In this document: piece by piece, positions 28,045-41,674 of the stretch
How positions within the stretch are numbered: position 1 is the stretch's first letter
Layout of the letters: each line of letters begins with the position of its first letter
Assembly: GCF_037042905.1 (NCBI RefSeq)
Contig: NC_087245.1
Coordinates: 5,396,001-5,460,000 of the forward strand
Direction: 5' to 3'
Origin: Lytechinus pictus
Lineage: Eukaryota
DNA: 64,000 nt
The notes under the pieces: model-generated
What the model was told of the DNA's origin: nothing
The model's input: only the letters and a program-made list of their open reading frames with translations
The model's database searches: none
Translations under genes and position numbers: made by a program

Positions 28045-28168
28045 TCATCTCGATGTTTCTGTCTTTGCCTTTTGTTTGTCCTTCTGTCTCACTCCCGTCT
28101 CCCTGAATTCCTTCCTTTCAGCTAAATACTCTTTCTTGCACATTTCAAAGAACTCCTTATCCTGGTAG
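28045..28168 (-). CDS. CMC1: CMC1 exon 4 (last coding exon)
   Basis: ttgcag|C TAC CAG..., translating YQDKEFFEMCKKEYLAERKEFRETGVRQKDKQKAKTETSR*, which resembles the CMC1 C-terminus. The four exons total 351 nt = 116 aa plus stop. Confidence 0.93.
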
Positions 28169-28548
28169 CTGCAAGATATTAACAATTATAACATAAAAGC
28201 ACATCAAGGTTCATATCACTTGAAAATCCAAGGATGAGGACCAAGTTATAAATGCTCCAGACACAAGACTATTATTACACATTACCAAAAACTGTAGAGA
28301 AACATGTTTATAGAACATAAATATTGCATTATTCTCCAGATACCATACCATGCACTTTACTTGAGTGTGTCCCAAGAAAATTGAAAGAGCAGGCAAGCTA
28401 GCAGATACATGTATGTACCATTATGATTTCATATCAAGAGGGGCGGAGTTTCAGGCAAAGCCTTTCTCACCCCCCCCCCCCCACAACAGTGTTGTTGCTG
28501 CCTAACCCTTCCCTACTTAGAGCCTGGATAAATAATGAAAATACATAC

Positions 28549-28639
28549 TATCCACTAATACAGTCCTTTAGTGCTCTATTTTCCTTTCGACATGAAAATG
28601 CCATGGTCAGTCCTTTCTCCTTACAGCATCTAGTGAATT
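28549..28639 (-). CDS. CMC1: CMC1 exon 3
   Basis: caccag|AA...GGATA|gtatgt, translating (E)FTRCCKEKGLTMAFSCRKENRALKDCISG(Y). It completes the first and carries the second CX9C motif. Confidence 0.93.
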
Positions 28640-30158
28640 CTGGTGAAATAAGATAAAATAATATATTTTGAAATATTCATTATGTAGAACTACATGATTA
28701 TGACAAAATATGACTGTTACTACTACTACTACTAATAATAATCCGCTTTTATATCTATAGCGCTTAATACAAATGCCCATTATTCTCATAAAAATATATT
28801 CCACTTCATTCTTTGTCACATGAAAGCAAACTTACAAATCTTCTGGTTTCTTGGTTAGGATCCAATAGCAATAATAATGTTATCCCACATCTCACAGTAC
28901 ATTTTCAATTGTTTTATGACAAGTATAATACTGGAAATAATAAATAGTCTGCAGGGTGGGTATGATTGCTTTATAAGTTACCATTATCATTACAAAGTCA
29001 TAGCAAACAATAAAACAAATCACATAACTACTTTATCATCACTTCTTTCAGAAAGTAAACAAAAAAGATGTGCTGATTATAAAAAATAAAAACATTTCAA
29101 AGTTATAGATGCTGAAAATCTATGATATCAATTATTTGAACATTGATAACAATGGTAAAAGACAATTGCATATCTTTGGTTGTTATCATACCCAATTTCA
29201 TTACTTTCATATTTTTTTCATGAAAGGGAAATCATCAACCCTATTCCTCTATTAGTCTACTTCCCCTTACTTTCATTTAAAAAATATTGTCCACTTTTTC
29301 TCTTGTTAGTAATGCTGAAATGAAGAGATGTAATAGCTAGGGAGGATTTTGTCTTTTGTGAAAAAGGTTTAGGAAGATTTTATAAATCTCTGTAGTTGTC
29401 CGATGTTACGACTGTCTTGTCATTGGTTTTCAAGGGGCCTAGGCGCACTTGCAGTCCACGTGTGCCAAGTCTAACCCATTATGTGTTTATGCATGAGACA
29501 CCTGCATAAGGGACTATTGCTCATCCCCTCAAATCTCTTTCTCATGCATATATCCCAAATGCATGTAAATTATACACAATGTCTGTGATCTCATGCCGAG
29601 TCACAGTTAAAAAAAACTCATAGAAGATCTTACATATTTTTGGTCTTTGAAATTCCAGATAATACTTTAGAGCAGTGGCGGACGCAGACCAATGTCATAC
29701 AATGAAAGTATCCGGCCCATGCATAAACATAATACAACCGCTTTTGTCCCCAGATAATTGGGCCGGAGAAATGCATTCAGTTCGGATTTTAGAGGCTGTA
29801 TGAATATCATCAATAATACACATGGGACATTTGCAGGACTGTTCTGTTCGCTATACGGTAGACCCCAATATTTTCCCTAAAGTGATTTATTTTCAAAATG
29901 CAACTTCTACTTCGAGTATTTGTTTATCACTCTAAATAATGAAGACTGAGGGTACTTAAAGAAAACATGGAAAAGGATCAATATACCACTCAAACAAAAT
30001 AGAGATAAATGGCAAACTGTGTGTAGCTTATCACAAATTATAAATTCATAATTGTTCGGAGCTGTTAGAACCATCATCATTGATAACTGTTCACTTTTTA
30101 TATGTTGCTTTTGTAATTTGCTAAAAATCAAATTTCAACTATTACAGTTATTTCTTAC

Positions 30159-30263
30159 CATCAACATACTCTGAACATCGTAGTTTTGCTTTCTCCCTCA
30201 TCTTTTTTGGGATAAGCACCTCAACTTCTACTTTTCTAAGGAATTCCTCATCCTCTTGCCAAG
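30159..30263 (-). CDS. CMC1: CMC1 exon 2
   Basis: ttttag|CT...GATG|gtaaga, translating (A)WQEDEEFLRKVEVEVLIPKKMREKAKLRCSEYVD. This matches the CMC1 family motif LRxVExxVLIPKxMREKAKxRC. Confidence 0.93.
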
Positions 30264-32138
30264 CTAAAAACAAAATAAAAAGAATAAAATTGTATTATTA
30301 CTATCTCTGTTTTATGTGGCGATGCATCTGCATTTTCAGCTTGTTTTTTTAACTTCGTATAATGAATGTCAGGCTTCTTAACCACTGCGCAAATTATTTT
30401 GACCGCGCCACTCGCAAACTTTTCATTGTCACATCTTGTGCAACTTTTGTGATAAAATTTGTGATGCCGAGGTACGCAGTTACAAATTACGCAACAAGAT
30501 ATGCAAGTGCACGTCGGACCGAAAATTGCTTAAAAACATGATTTCATGTAGGGGGGGGGGTGCCTGGACACTTTAAAATTTTGAAGCAGTTTTTGTCTTT
30601 GGATTACACAAAAAATATGAATTAAATGGCAGTTTAAAATCAATTGTTCGGACAAATAACAACTGGGTATAACAAAGTCGATACAAAATGCGTTTTCAGC
30701 TAATATTCATAGAAAGAGTTTTTTTTGCGACAGCACCATAAAAAAGGCCCAGCCCAACCCGACTCTTCTCCTAACTTTTATTTTTTTTATCACTTAGTTC
30801 GAAATAGGGTGGCGGTTCCCATATTCACCTGTTCACTTCTCAGGAATTGTCAAAAAACATGCAAACTGTAGTATGGTAAGTTGGAAAGTTAGACTTAGAC
30901 TTTGAGTCTTGTGTGACTCTCGTCTGCTAAATAAAAAAAACATCAAGCCATAGAAGTTGTGTGTTGTTTATGTTGTGGACGCCAGAAGTGGCGTCGCAGC
31001 ATGAGCAACCCACTAACTTTTTAGTTAAAAATCCACTGCCACACGCGGTTCCTTGTGCGAGGTTAGTATACTGATACTAACCTCGCACTAGTGTGAGATA
31101 CTAAATAAGGTAGGACAACGAAACAGCATTTCTACTAAAAAGCATTACCTTAATATGTTCTTTATTAGCATTATTATTATTATCACAGACATTGATAAAA
31201 ACTTACCTCAAAATTTCCTTAATAGTGAAAAATAAGGCTTAAATACTCAATAAAATCATGTAAGCATATTGGTCCATCCCTATATGCTATACTGTGTGGG
31301 CTAGTGGCTAAAAATAGGCATTTCCTACTTCATGCTGACCTAGGAGTAGGACTGCTTGAGCCTCTGAGAGGAGCAGTGGAAACATGTCACATCAATAGAT
31401 AATCAACTTTGCTGCCAGAAAATGTGAAGATGTCGCTAAGTTTAACTTTTGAGGCCAACTCACCTATTTGACTTTTTGGACACATGTCTACAGCATAAAT
31501 CTCAATTCAATTCAATTCTATGGTTTATTCAATTCCAATTAAAATCAATACAGAGTATAGATTAGAATACAGTTATAACAAATACAATGTAGGATGGGGG
31601 GGGGGGGGGTCAAGTATCCGGATACTTTATATTTTTGAAGCCTTCTTTTTTTGTCTTTGGATTACACTAAAAATATGAATTCAATGGAACTTATAAATCA
31701 TCTTCTATTTGTTCTCTATAATATTTCCTTGATGAAACTTCGCTAGTAATTTTTTCCAAATGACTTTCTAAAATTGATCGTCCGGACACACAATAACTGG
31801 TTAAACAATTAATAAGGCAAGAAAGTAAGGTACATGTAAAATAAGTAAATAAACAGATACAAATGACAATAACAAAATACGATATTGAAATTGGGTGGTC
31901 ATAAAAACTTATAATCAAAGTTTGTCGAGATAACCACCCTTATAATTATATAAATAAAATAAGCCAAATTTAGTAAAATGCTAATTTGAAATGAAATTTA
32001 TTAAATAATTTAAATCATTTGATAATACATGTACATGTAGACTCTAGTTAAATAAAACAAGTTTAACTGCACAAACCCAACACATAAGCCACAAGGGCAG
32101 TAATAATCCTTACTTTCACACACTATTGTATTGATTAA

Positions 32139-34398
32139 AGTAGGACGAGTCCACCCCAACACATAGTTGATTTGCATGACAAGAGAAAAATCTAACAAAC
32201 ATAACACTGAAAATTTCACCAAAATGTAAAATAAGAAAGTTATGACATTTTAAAGTTTTGCTTAATTTCACAAAATAATTATATGTACATTCTGGTCGGT
32301 ATGCAAATGAGGAGACTGATGATGTCATCCACTCACTATTTCCTTTGTATTTTATCATATGAAATATTCTAATTTTCTCCTTATGTGGAATTAGCCTTGT
32401 TTAATACTATATGCTTCAGTCAAGTTGGCTGTTATTGTCAAATCTGTAAAAAATGAAATAATGTACAATTCAAACAATAAAAAACAAAAGAAATACTAGT
32501 AGTAGGAGTGGGCTATACATGGGTCAAAAATACTTTTTTTGTAATTTCAATATGACAACAGTTTTTTTTTATTCCTTGTAATGTATCTCAACATGAAATG
32601 ACAATATTTTTTGTCTCGGGTCCGAGAAAAAAGTGTGCCGGGCCAAAATCCAAAATGGCTGCCAAAACCCCCCAAAATCACAGTTTTGGCCACAACTTTT
32701 TTATTTGGTGGTCAATTTCTCTGGTTTTGGTGTCTATTCATATGTTTTGAGGGGCAGGCAATTTGTTTTTCCTATAATTAGTACTTTTAAACCGTTATTT
32801 GTAGAGTTAAAAGGTAATTATACCTAAATTTTCCCATTTTTGTAGCCTTTTTTCAGCCAAAAAGTAGGTTTTATCATCCTCGGGTTCTGGGATATTAGAT
32901 GGTACGAGGTCAACAATAGCAAGCAGCTTCATGTAGCTATATTGCTTTTATTCCTCCACTTTGGGTTTTACGGATATTTGTGAAATATATCTTATTAAAT
33001 AAAAAAATGTCAATTATCCATTGGGGCTATACAGTATACATATGTACAATGTACTGTATATACATACTGCACTGCATAAATGCATTGGCCCCCATGACAG
33101 ATAACAAGGCTTGTATAAACTATAGTGTCATAGAAATGAGCTCTCAGGTTTAGAATTAGATGCCTCAGAAATTGAAGATATGTTTTGTCTCAGAAATTGA
33201 GGACATGTTTTGTCAAATATGCTAATTCAGGGGGCGGAGAGAGGTAATTTACACTGTAGCTATTCTGGGCCCCGTTGCATAAAAATTTACCATTATGTTA
33301 ACTTAACTTAATGGTAACTTGCATGCAATCCTTTATTCTGATTGGCTGTTGATCAGCGTTACCATGATACTAGTAGTTACCTGACCCCATAAACATAGGC
33401 CGGTTAGACACCAGAACCAGGTTAAAAAAAAGCCTCCAAATGAAGAAGATATGGCTAAAAATGTGATGTACGTATATATACATGTATGTGATATTTACAT
33501 GTAAGTGTAATTTACGTTGCTGGTTTCACCATGTACATCAGCTGACAAGGAATCAAATTCACAATCTAATTCTAAACCTTTGAAGCTCATTTCTATGACA
33601 CTATTGTTTATATACAGGCCTTGTCATATGCCATGGTGGTCAATGCATGGATATATGCAGTGTAGTATGTACAGTGCATTGTACACCGTATAGCCCCTAT
33701 GGATAAATGACATTTTCTTTTATTTGATAAGATATATTTGATTTTTTCACAAATATCCGTAAAACCCAAAGTGGAGGAATAAAAGCAATATAGCTACATG
33801 AAGCTGCTTGCTATTGTTGACCTCGTACCATCTTATATCCCAGAACCCCAGGATGATAAAACCCACTTTTTGGCTGAAAAAAACGCTACAAAAATGGGAA
33901 AATTTAGGTATAATTACCTTTTAACTCTACAAATAACGGTTTAAAAGTACTAATTATAGGAAAAACAAATTGCCTGCCCCCCAAAACATATGAATAGACA
34001 CCAAAACCAGAGAAAATGACCACCAAATAAAAAAGTTGTGGCCAAAACTGTGATTTTGGGGGGTTTTGGCGGCCATTTTGGATTTTGGCCCGGCACACTT
34101 TTTTCTCGGACCCGAGACAAAAAATATTGTCATTTCATGTTGAGATAAGGTAAAAGGAACACAAAAAAACTGTTCCCACAGTAAAACCAAAAATCACCCA
34201 TTTATAGCCCACTCCTACTAGTAGTGAGTGAGGGACATCATCAAATTTAAAACAGTGTTTGTGGAAAAGACTAAACTTTAATCAAAATGTCATAACTTTC
34301 TTATTTTCCATCTGATTTTGATGAATTTTTCGGTGTTATGCTAGTTTGATTTTTCTCTATTTCTTCAATTCAACATTTTTTTGAGGTGGACTTGACCT
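32139..34398. mobile_element. TTAA-site (Kolobok-like) MITE split by a nested foldback element
   Basis: TTAA|AG..GGACGAGTCCACCCC at the left and GGTGGACTTGACCT|TTAA at the right. The host sequence aaagaaa-TA-gtgagtg is interrupted at 32494. Confidence 0.7.
32496..34221. mobile_element. 1.7-kb foldback element with ~650-bp inverted arms, TA TSD
   Basis: TA|CTAGTAGTAGGAGTGGGCTATA...TATAGCCCACTCCTACTAG|TA. The mirrored ORFs 32633-32827(+) and 33904-34098(-) are near-identical. Confidence 0.85.
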
Positions 34399-34545
34399 TT
34401 AAATATAGACTCTAGATCTAGTTTTAATTTCCTGCAAAGAAAGCATTTGTTGAACTGATTGATCTTATTTCTAGCCTACCTAGTCCTAGACGGTAGTAGA
34501 TCTAGAAATTCATGATGTTTGTCTAAAGTATATCTAGGCTCCAGT

Positions 34546-34996
34546 TAACCCAGGGACTAGGGTAGATTGTGGTCTCAATAACTTGGAAAGAAAATTGTGA
34601 AAACAGAAATTATGCACTTACGATTATATGGATGAAGGTCTATCGTGTGGCAGTATCCCGACATCAAGGCACAGACTGGTACCTCAAAAAAAACGAAAAA
34701 AGTTCTCTCCTACCCCAGTCTCGATCGGCCATTTTGTTATGAATTTTGAAAGAATTACGGTAGGAGAGGTATCGTGACAGAACTTTTCGTTTTTTTGAGG
34801 TTCCAGTCTGTGCCTCGATGTCAGGATACTGCCACACGATAGACCTTCATCCATATAATCGTGATAAGGGCATCATTTCTGTTTTCACAATTTTCTTTCC
34901 AAGTTATTGACATGCATGATTGAGACCACAATCTACCCTTGTCCCGTGTCTATGTCTAAATGCACGGTGGACTCCTGGCCGGAGCTCCCTGGGTTA
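34546..34996. mobile_element. Mutator-like foldback element (family TAACCCAGGG), internally deleted copy
   Basis: TAACCCAGGG...CCCTGGGTTA, with 9-bp TSD GGCTCCAGT at 34537-34545 and 34997-35005. Confidence 0.9.
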
Positions 34997-36624
34997 GGCT
35001 CCAGTAGACAGGAATAACCGTCGTTTCTGGGGATTTATTTAACAATTTCTGACATTTTACTATTGTATTACTATTGGTGAGTGGAGCCAACGTAGTTCAG
35101 CGGAACAACCGAAATACAGAGACTGTCTGAAGTGTGAAGCTTTTGGTCTCGGCTCTATCTAGTACCGGGCTGTACTAAGTAATACGTATGGCAGTGTATC
35201 CTATTGCCGGACACCTTTATTTCAGTGCTTTTAAAATGACAACTAGAGGAAATACAATCAAGAAAAATTCACACTTGCTATTCCAAATATTATGAAAATT
35301 ATGAATATGATAAAATTATTTTATATTTGCCAACCATTTTCTTTGCATCGCACTTGCCGCATACCCCTCCACGAAAAACAATTATTTTCGTGCGCGACAA
35401 ATTACATCATGATTCTGGACGCGCGCCGGACGGGTAAAGATATCCTTGATTATAATGATGTAAGAACAAATTTTTGTGATTTTTTTCTTCTTATATCATA
35501 TCATGAGTAAATTCTAAGTATTATTTGCTTTTTTTTATATCGAATCTGAGCAGATGTTGGTAATAAATTCGTGTTTGATAACTTATTTTATTTTGTCTTG
35601 TTAGCTGCATGTTCCATGGCACTTTCCAATAATAATATGCTCGCGTTCGTAACGTGACGCTCATCAAGTTCTATCGATGCGCTGCCGATCGACGGCTCTA
35701 CTCACGGTAAACCTCGCGCACTGGTACCTTGAGAACTAGCCGTCGACGATCACCCACAATACACCACACCTCATCATTCGATCAAAGGAGTGGACGAGAT
35801 TGAAATTCGGCAAATCAGGCCCATATTTCCGTTAGAAAATATATCAATTGTTAATACAAAACTATGTTATATGATATTTTAAGCATTTTCTGTCATTTTT
35901 AGAGATAATTAGGTAAAAGCTGGATTTTTCGCCTTGTTTTTGCAATCTTGTTCTATGTATTGCTCTGAGAAATTGAATTGCTTAAGTCTTACGGTACGAA
36001 TTTGTTTTAGAACGCAGTAATATGCGCGTCCGGAATCATAATAGTGTCCGGTAATACAATACGATATACGTGACTATACTAATAGTACGGTAGCCTAGCC
36101 TAAATTTCTAAAAGTGAAGTTCAAATTTCAGTCTTCAGACGTGCAAACATGACCATTCCCCGCCCCTCCCCCGGCCGCGCGTTTCCGTTTTACACCCTGG
36201 CGAAGGCAATTTCCGTAAAAATAGCTACAAAGCGACTAGTGAAGAGTCTACACACGTCGCTGGTTAGATATGCACATAACACTGCACCGCATGCAATCTA
36301 CACAGCCACTGAAAATAGCACAGTGTTCAGTGGCTACGCGGCCACGGCACTTAATGTACAGAGAGCAGTCATATGGATTAAATCCGAACATATTTTGCCG
36401 TGGCGTTTGTATCCCGATGCACAAGGAGGTGAAAAACCTACAATTCGGGCAAAAAAAGTAGCCAAAATTAATTTAGAAAGCAGTAATAATAATGTTAAGA
36501 CAAGAATAATAACAATAGTACAAAACGAAGGAGAATCTACAGCATCATACAAGTCCAGTTGTTTTAAATTGTTTCAAAATGATTCTAAGCGATGAATTAA
36601 AATCCCAATATACTGCTTCTGCAA

Positions 36625-36631
36625 CGACTAT

Positions 36632-36671
<40 letters not shown>

Positions 36672-37345
36672 GACTAATTATAACAATGATGATAATAGAC
36701 TACTACTACTACTACTACTACTCACTCGATCATAGTACTACTCACTACTATACTACTACTACTAGTACTACTACTACTACTACTACTACAATTCTTACAT
36801 GTAAAGATAATATTGATGATGATAAGAAGAAGAAAACTTGGAAGAAGAAGGTCAAAGGCGAAGAAGAACAAGAACAAAAAAATTTAATACTTATAAATAA
36901 TTAATAATATACTACTACTACTACCAATAATAATAATAATAATCTTACATGTACTACTACTATACTATTTCTATACTACTAATTCTGTTCATAAAAACAA
37001 TGGCGCTAACAATAATAATAATAATAGTGATAATAATAATAATAGTAATCATGATAATATTGACAAACTATGTAATTAATAATTAATAACAGTTTCAAAA
37101 TGATGCTAATGATAATAAAGTATACTACTTCTACGACATGATAAAAACATAACAATAATAATAATAATTATAATCATAATAATAATAACAATAATAATAA
37201 ATTATAATAATATCGATAATATATAACTACATTAACTACTCTATTGTACTATTACTACTACTACCACGACGACTACTAATAATACTAATTGAATAATACT
37301 ACTAAAATAATCACCACTACAACTAATTATAATTATAATATGAAA
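36625..37345 (+). repeat. (TAC)n/(TAA)n microsatellite and low-complexity tract
   Basis: Long runs of tactactac and aataataat. Confidence 0.9.
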
Positions 37346-39018
37346 ACAAAGTAAAAACTACTTGTATAGCAATTTATAATCAACAAAATCATAAAAAGTG
37401 TTGTCCAGTTAGTTTCCCCTTAAAGGGATCGTCCAGGCTGAAAATATTTCTATTTTAATAAATAGAGTAAAATTCACAGAGCAAAATGCTGAAAATTTTA
37501 TCAAAATCGGATAACAAATAATGAAGTTCCAGTTTCATCAATATGATAGCTGTTCTGTTGTCGCGATAATGAGAACTGGTAACAGATGGACAGACAAACG
37601 GTGCACAAACAGATGGAAAACATGATGCTTCCAGCAACTTCACTGTAGTAAAAAAATCCAATCACTGTTATTGCAGTAACATTTACGGTAAGACAGACAG
37701 ATTTTATTATGGAACACCTGATACCATGGTTATCAGGTGTTCCTGATAAAAAGCACTGCTTTTTAGTGGATCCCTCCATTTTCTCAGAATTTTGTTTTAT
37801 AATGGTTATGATATTTTTCTTATATATAATACTCTGTTACTTACTGTTACTTATAGATAAATATCATATATTGTACATGCCTCAATTTATTTTGCCTGTA
37901 TGATAAGTTCATTGTAACTATTTTGACCACATGCATTACTTTGTTCTGTTGATAATGCAATAAAATAAATTGAATTGAATTGAATTAATGGTGTAGACTG
38001 GAGGCATAAAAAGAAAATAGATTCTTAAATTTATATATTTTTCATATTAACTGTTTTGATAAGTTTTGTCATTTTTTAGGACTTTCACTATACCTGCATG
38101 CCCCGAATATACCATCTTCAAACTACAGTACTTTACATCAAACAAAGTTTAATTTCTTGCCAACAACTGAAAACATAAATTTTATTTGAACACATATTCA
38201 TCAAACTTGTAAGAATCTTAATCTTACATTACAATGCATCAACAAACATTGTCTTACTCTTATATACCTATAATAATGATTGCTTTTCTTTCATATAAAA
38301 ATAAACAAAAAAAGGTCTATTTTACATCCTACTCATATAATAATGCAGTGTCATACCACAACATGCAACAATGGTGACGGAATAAGTTATTCTTCTTCCA
38401 TGACAGTGAGAGGGCAAATTACCAGCAATTCGGCAAAGGCAAATGATCAAGGCAAACGTTCGTGTTGAACATGCATTTGTATATGTTCTGCATATTTCTT
38501 CGGTGCGGACTTTTAAGTTTTGCATCGCGTGCGCGCCCAGCTGATAATGTACACAAACGTAGACTCTTCACTAGTCGCTTTTTAGCTATATTTGCGGAGA
38601 TTGCCTTCGCCAGGGTGTAAAACGGAAACGCGCCCCCCGGCCCCCTTCCCGAACATGTCCCGCCCATCCTCCGGCCTCCAGGGCAAGGCCCCCTCGCTTA
38701 TGTTATGATCATGTGCAAGATAACGCTTTGCATACCAACTCCCGAGTACGGTACCGTTCCTCAACAAGCTCAGCCGGAGCGCCGGTCGGGCGACTCGGTG
38801 TTGCCTGTTGGATCGACATGATCGAAGCAACAATTAGCTTCGCGTCGAGTGAGCTGGCCTAAGTACGGTAATGATAATACTGCAAATGAAATGGGTATAA
38901 CACTAAAGCATTGAAACTCGACACACAGTTTCCAAACTTTTGTCCGTCATCCACATTTTCACCATTCTGAGAGAAATGAGATTAAGGGTGCAGCAAATAT
39001 ATTAAAATTAGTCATTAC

Positions 39019-39049
39019 CGAACCCTCGACGACCCTCTGGCTCTGCCAT
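39019..39049 (-). CDS. CMC1: CMC1 (COX assembly mitochondrial protein, twin CX9C) exon 1
   Basis: Minus strand aaaATGGCAGAGCCAGAGGGTCGTCGAGGGTTCG|gtaatg = MAEPEGRRGF plus phase 1. It joins in frame to the 30263 exon and sits next to the STAM start. Confidence 0.75.
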
Positions 39050-39416
39050 TTTTCTTGATTAAAAGTTAGAAAGGAGTTTCATATCATTTTAAATATCAAC
39101 TATATACGATGTGTTTTTGTATTGAGATTACCACTACAATATAATTGAAAAATAACTAATAATATATTACATGTAGCAATATTATTTTAAACTAATGATA
39201 ATGTAATCAATAATTATAAGAATTAAAATTATATGGCCTTGGGCCCTTCCTCAATTCCATTGAGTGAGAAAGTCAGTGATTACGTCATTGTCAGACCTTT
39301 TGCGCATGCGCATTTCAAACAGTATACCCTTAATCATCTGATGTTGTGTCACAGTCATACTAGTCGAACGTGTATAAAAATCAAATTTTTATGATAAAGA
39401 TTCGATCATTTTCACG
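39050..39416. promoter_or_regulatory. Bidirectional promoter/5'UTR region shared by CMC1 and STAM
   Basis: 367 bp between divergent start codons, with TGCGCATGCGCA (NRF1-type palindrome) at 39301-39312 and CRE-like TTACGTCA at 39280-39287. Confidence 0.7.
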
Positions 39417-39456
39417 ATGCCGTTGTTTGGAGGAACACCGTTCGATACAGATGTTG
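39417..39456 (+). CDS. STAM: STAM (signal transducing adaptor molecule, ESCRT-0) exon 1
   Basis: ATG CCG TTG TTT GGA GGA ACA CCG TTC GAT ACA GAT GTT G|gtgagg = MPLFGGTPFDTDV, the characteristic STAM N-terminus (MPLF..xPFDxDV). Confidence 0.9.
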
Positions 39457-39796
39457 GTGAGGGTCATTTAGTTTAAGGGAGAGTGTGGGAATCGCGTTCG
39501 GCAGCCATAAATAAATCTTGCGAATGCGAGTGTGACTGAGCTGAGACTGAGATGAGAGAGTGGCCCCAGAGCCAGAGTGTGTTGTGCATTGTACCTATTT
39601 ATTTGGTTTGTATTTATATTGATGACAGTGCAATGCAGTGCACCGACACTGCAGTCTGCACTGTCTGTGCACTGTGTGACTTCAAACTAACAACACTCAC
39701 AGTACTAAGTGACTGAGTTAGAGTCATAGCTAGGCAGGGTCTAATCCTGGGTTCTCGGCACTCACACAACGTCACAAGCATGCGAGGTTAATACTA

Positions 39797-40420
39797 GGGA
39801 GTTCGGTGACTTTTTGAAATCTTGAAGAATCCCAACAAATTTGATATCATTGGAAAGCTTGTGAAATAAGAAAAATAATGATGCCTCAATCAACTCATTG
39901 TCTGATATATTGACGGAGATATTCCAATTTACAGGGGGAAATATGCAGATTTTAAGTCTGTCAAAAAGAAAATTAAACTCTTGTTTGAGTTGGGGAGACA
40001 GTTACTTTATGAAATCTTGAAGGAATCCCAACAAATTTGGTACCATTGGAAAGCTTGTGAAATAAGAAAAAGAATGGTGCATAAATCAACTCATGATGTC
40101 AAATATTGACAGAGATATTTCTGTTTAAATGGGAGAATGTGCAGATTTTTTTACAGCAAAAAAGTAGGTTTTCATAGCTTACACAAAATGCAATGAATGG
40201 GACTGTATAATACTTTTTCTAAAAGTGCAATGCGCTGCTATGTATGCGGGGCAAGGCATGCCCTTGAATTATACATCATTTTATTCATAAAACTTCAAAG
40301 TTTCTCATGGTATAGGTTTCTATAGGGTTTTTCCTCCTCCTTTAATGGCTTCACATTTGTTTTATACATGGGTGCACAGACAGATACAAATTCTGAAAGT
40401 GGCATTTTCACCGAACTCCC
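39797..40420. mobile_element. TIR element with TA flanks, nested in a small tgcgaggtta...taacctcgca element
   Basis: TA|GGGAGTTCGGTGA...TCACCGAACTCCC|TA with an internal ~195-bp tandem repeat. An empty version of the outer element occurs at ~31057-31088. Confidence 0.7.
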
Positions 40421-40449
40421 TATTAATACTTACTAACCTCGCACAACGC

Positions 40450-40978
40450 TAACCCAGGGAGCTTCCGCCCGCACAGCGGGCGGGAGCCCAGGAGCTTACC
40501 GTGTATTTGACCATAGTCACCGGACTAGGGTGATTTATGGTCTAAATATTTCTCCAAATGAATTGTGAAAACAGAAAGTATACAATTACCACGATTATGT
40601 GGATGAAGGTCCAACGAGTGGCAGTTTCCTGAGATCTGGGCACAGACTGGAACCTCAAAAAACCGAAACGTTATCTCCTTCTACCCCCGTTTCGATCGGC
40701 CATTTTTGTTAAAAATCGTAACAAAATGGCCGATCGAGACTGGGGTAGAGGAGATAACTTTTCGTTTTTTTGAGGTTCCAGTCTGTGCCCAGATCTCAGA
40801 AAACTGCCACTCGTTAGACCTTCATCCATATAATCGTGGTAATTGTATACTTTCTGTTTTCACAATTCATTTGGAGAAATATTTAGACCATAAATCACCC
40901 TAGTCCGGTGACTATGGTCAAATACATGGTAAGCCCCTGGGCTCCTGCCCGCTGCGCGGGCGGGAGCTCCCTGGGTTA
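40450..40978. mobile_element. Mutator-like foldback element (family TAACCCAGGG), near-perfect 529-bp hairpin
   Basis: TAACCCAGGGAGC...GCTCCCTGGGTTA, with 9-bp TSD GCACAACGC at 40441-40449 and 40979-40987. Confidence 0.92.
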
Positions 40979-41042
40979 GCACAACGCATGTCATTTCATA
41001 ATGAATTTTGACGTTTTCATTCATCACATGAATGTGAGAGAA

Positions 41043-41674
41043 TACCGTATTACTGTCTATGGGTACTAGTATTCAACCCGGCATAATTCAAAGATTTTGA
41101 CATATTCCCCAAAATATTTAGAAATAGGGAATTTATCTTAATTTCATACCTTTGTTATTTCCAGGGTAATCTGTTGTCGATATTTTCTTTGTCAATCTGT
41201 CGACTGTATGCGCGGAGGATCGAATTATGCGGCGATGGCCTTTTGCACTGAATGGTACTAGTATTCAACCTAGTGAGGATTGATAGCAAATCTCAAAAGG
41301 GTTTAGATTGCTAAATTAGATCTAGATCTATGTAAGTCTCTGGCTTTGATTAATTCCCTGTTTGGTCCCATCTCAAATGGTCTAGTCCATAGTCGGATGG
41401 GACAAGGGCAGATTGAGAAACAGGGCCATCTTTCATCGCCAGGTTGAATACTAGTACCGAAGGGTTCAATACTAGACTACTAGTACCAAAATCCGTCGCC
41501 GTATAATTCGATCGCCCGCGCACACAGTTAACTGGTTGAAGAAAAAAATAACGGAAAAAGAATAACCAGCATTTGCTCTTGGAAATAGACGGGTCTGAAA
41601 TTCAGGTAAATTCTATATTTCTATATATTTGAGGAAACTCACCAAACGGGTTGAATACTAGTGCACTTACGGTA
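41043..41674. mobile_element. Degenerate foldback element with repeated TACTAGTATTCAACC motifs
   Basis: The motif occurs at ~41064 and ~41256 and its reverse complement at ~41442 and ~41649; boundaries approximate. Confidence 0.6.

Noticed and set aside
32633..34098. Pair of near-identical 64-aa ORFs on opposite strands
   Set aside because: They are the inverted arms of a non-coding foldback element, with no domain or ATG support.
36149..36595. 148-aa ORF sharing FPFYTLAKAIS with the ORF at 38419-38667
   Set aside because: The similarity is only the 75-bp DNA inverted repeat; no recognisable protein features.
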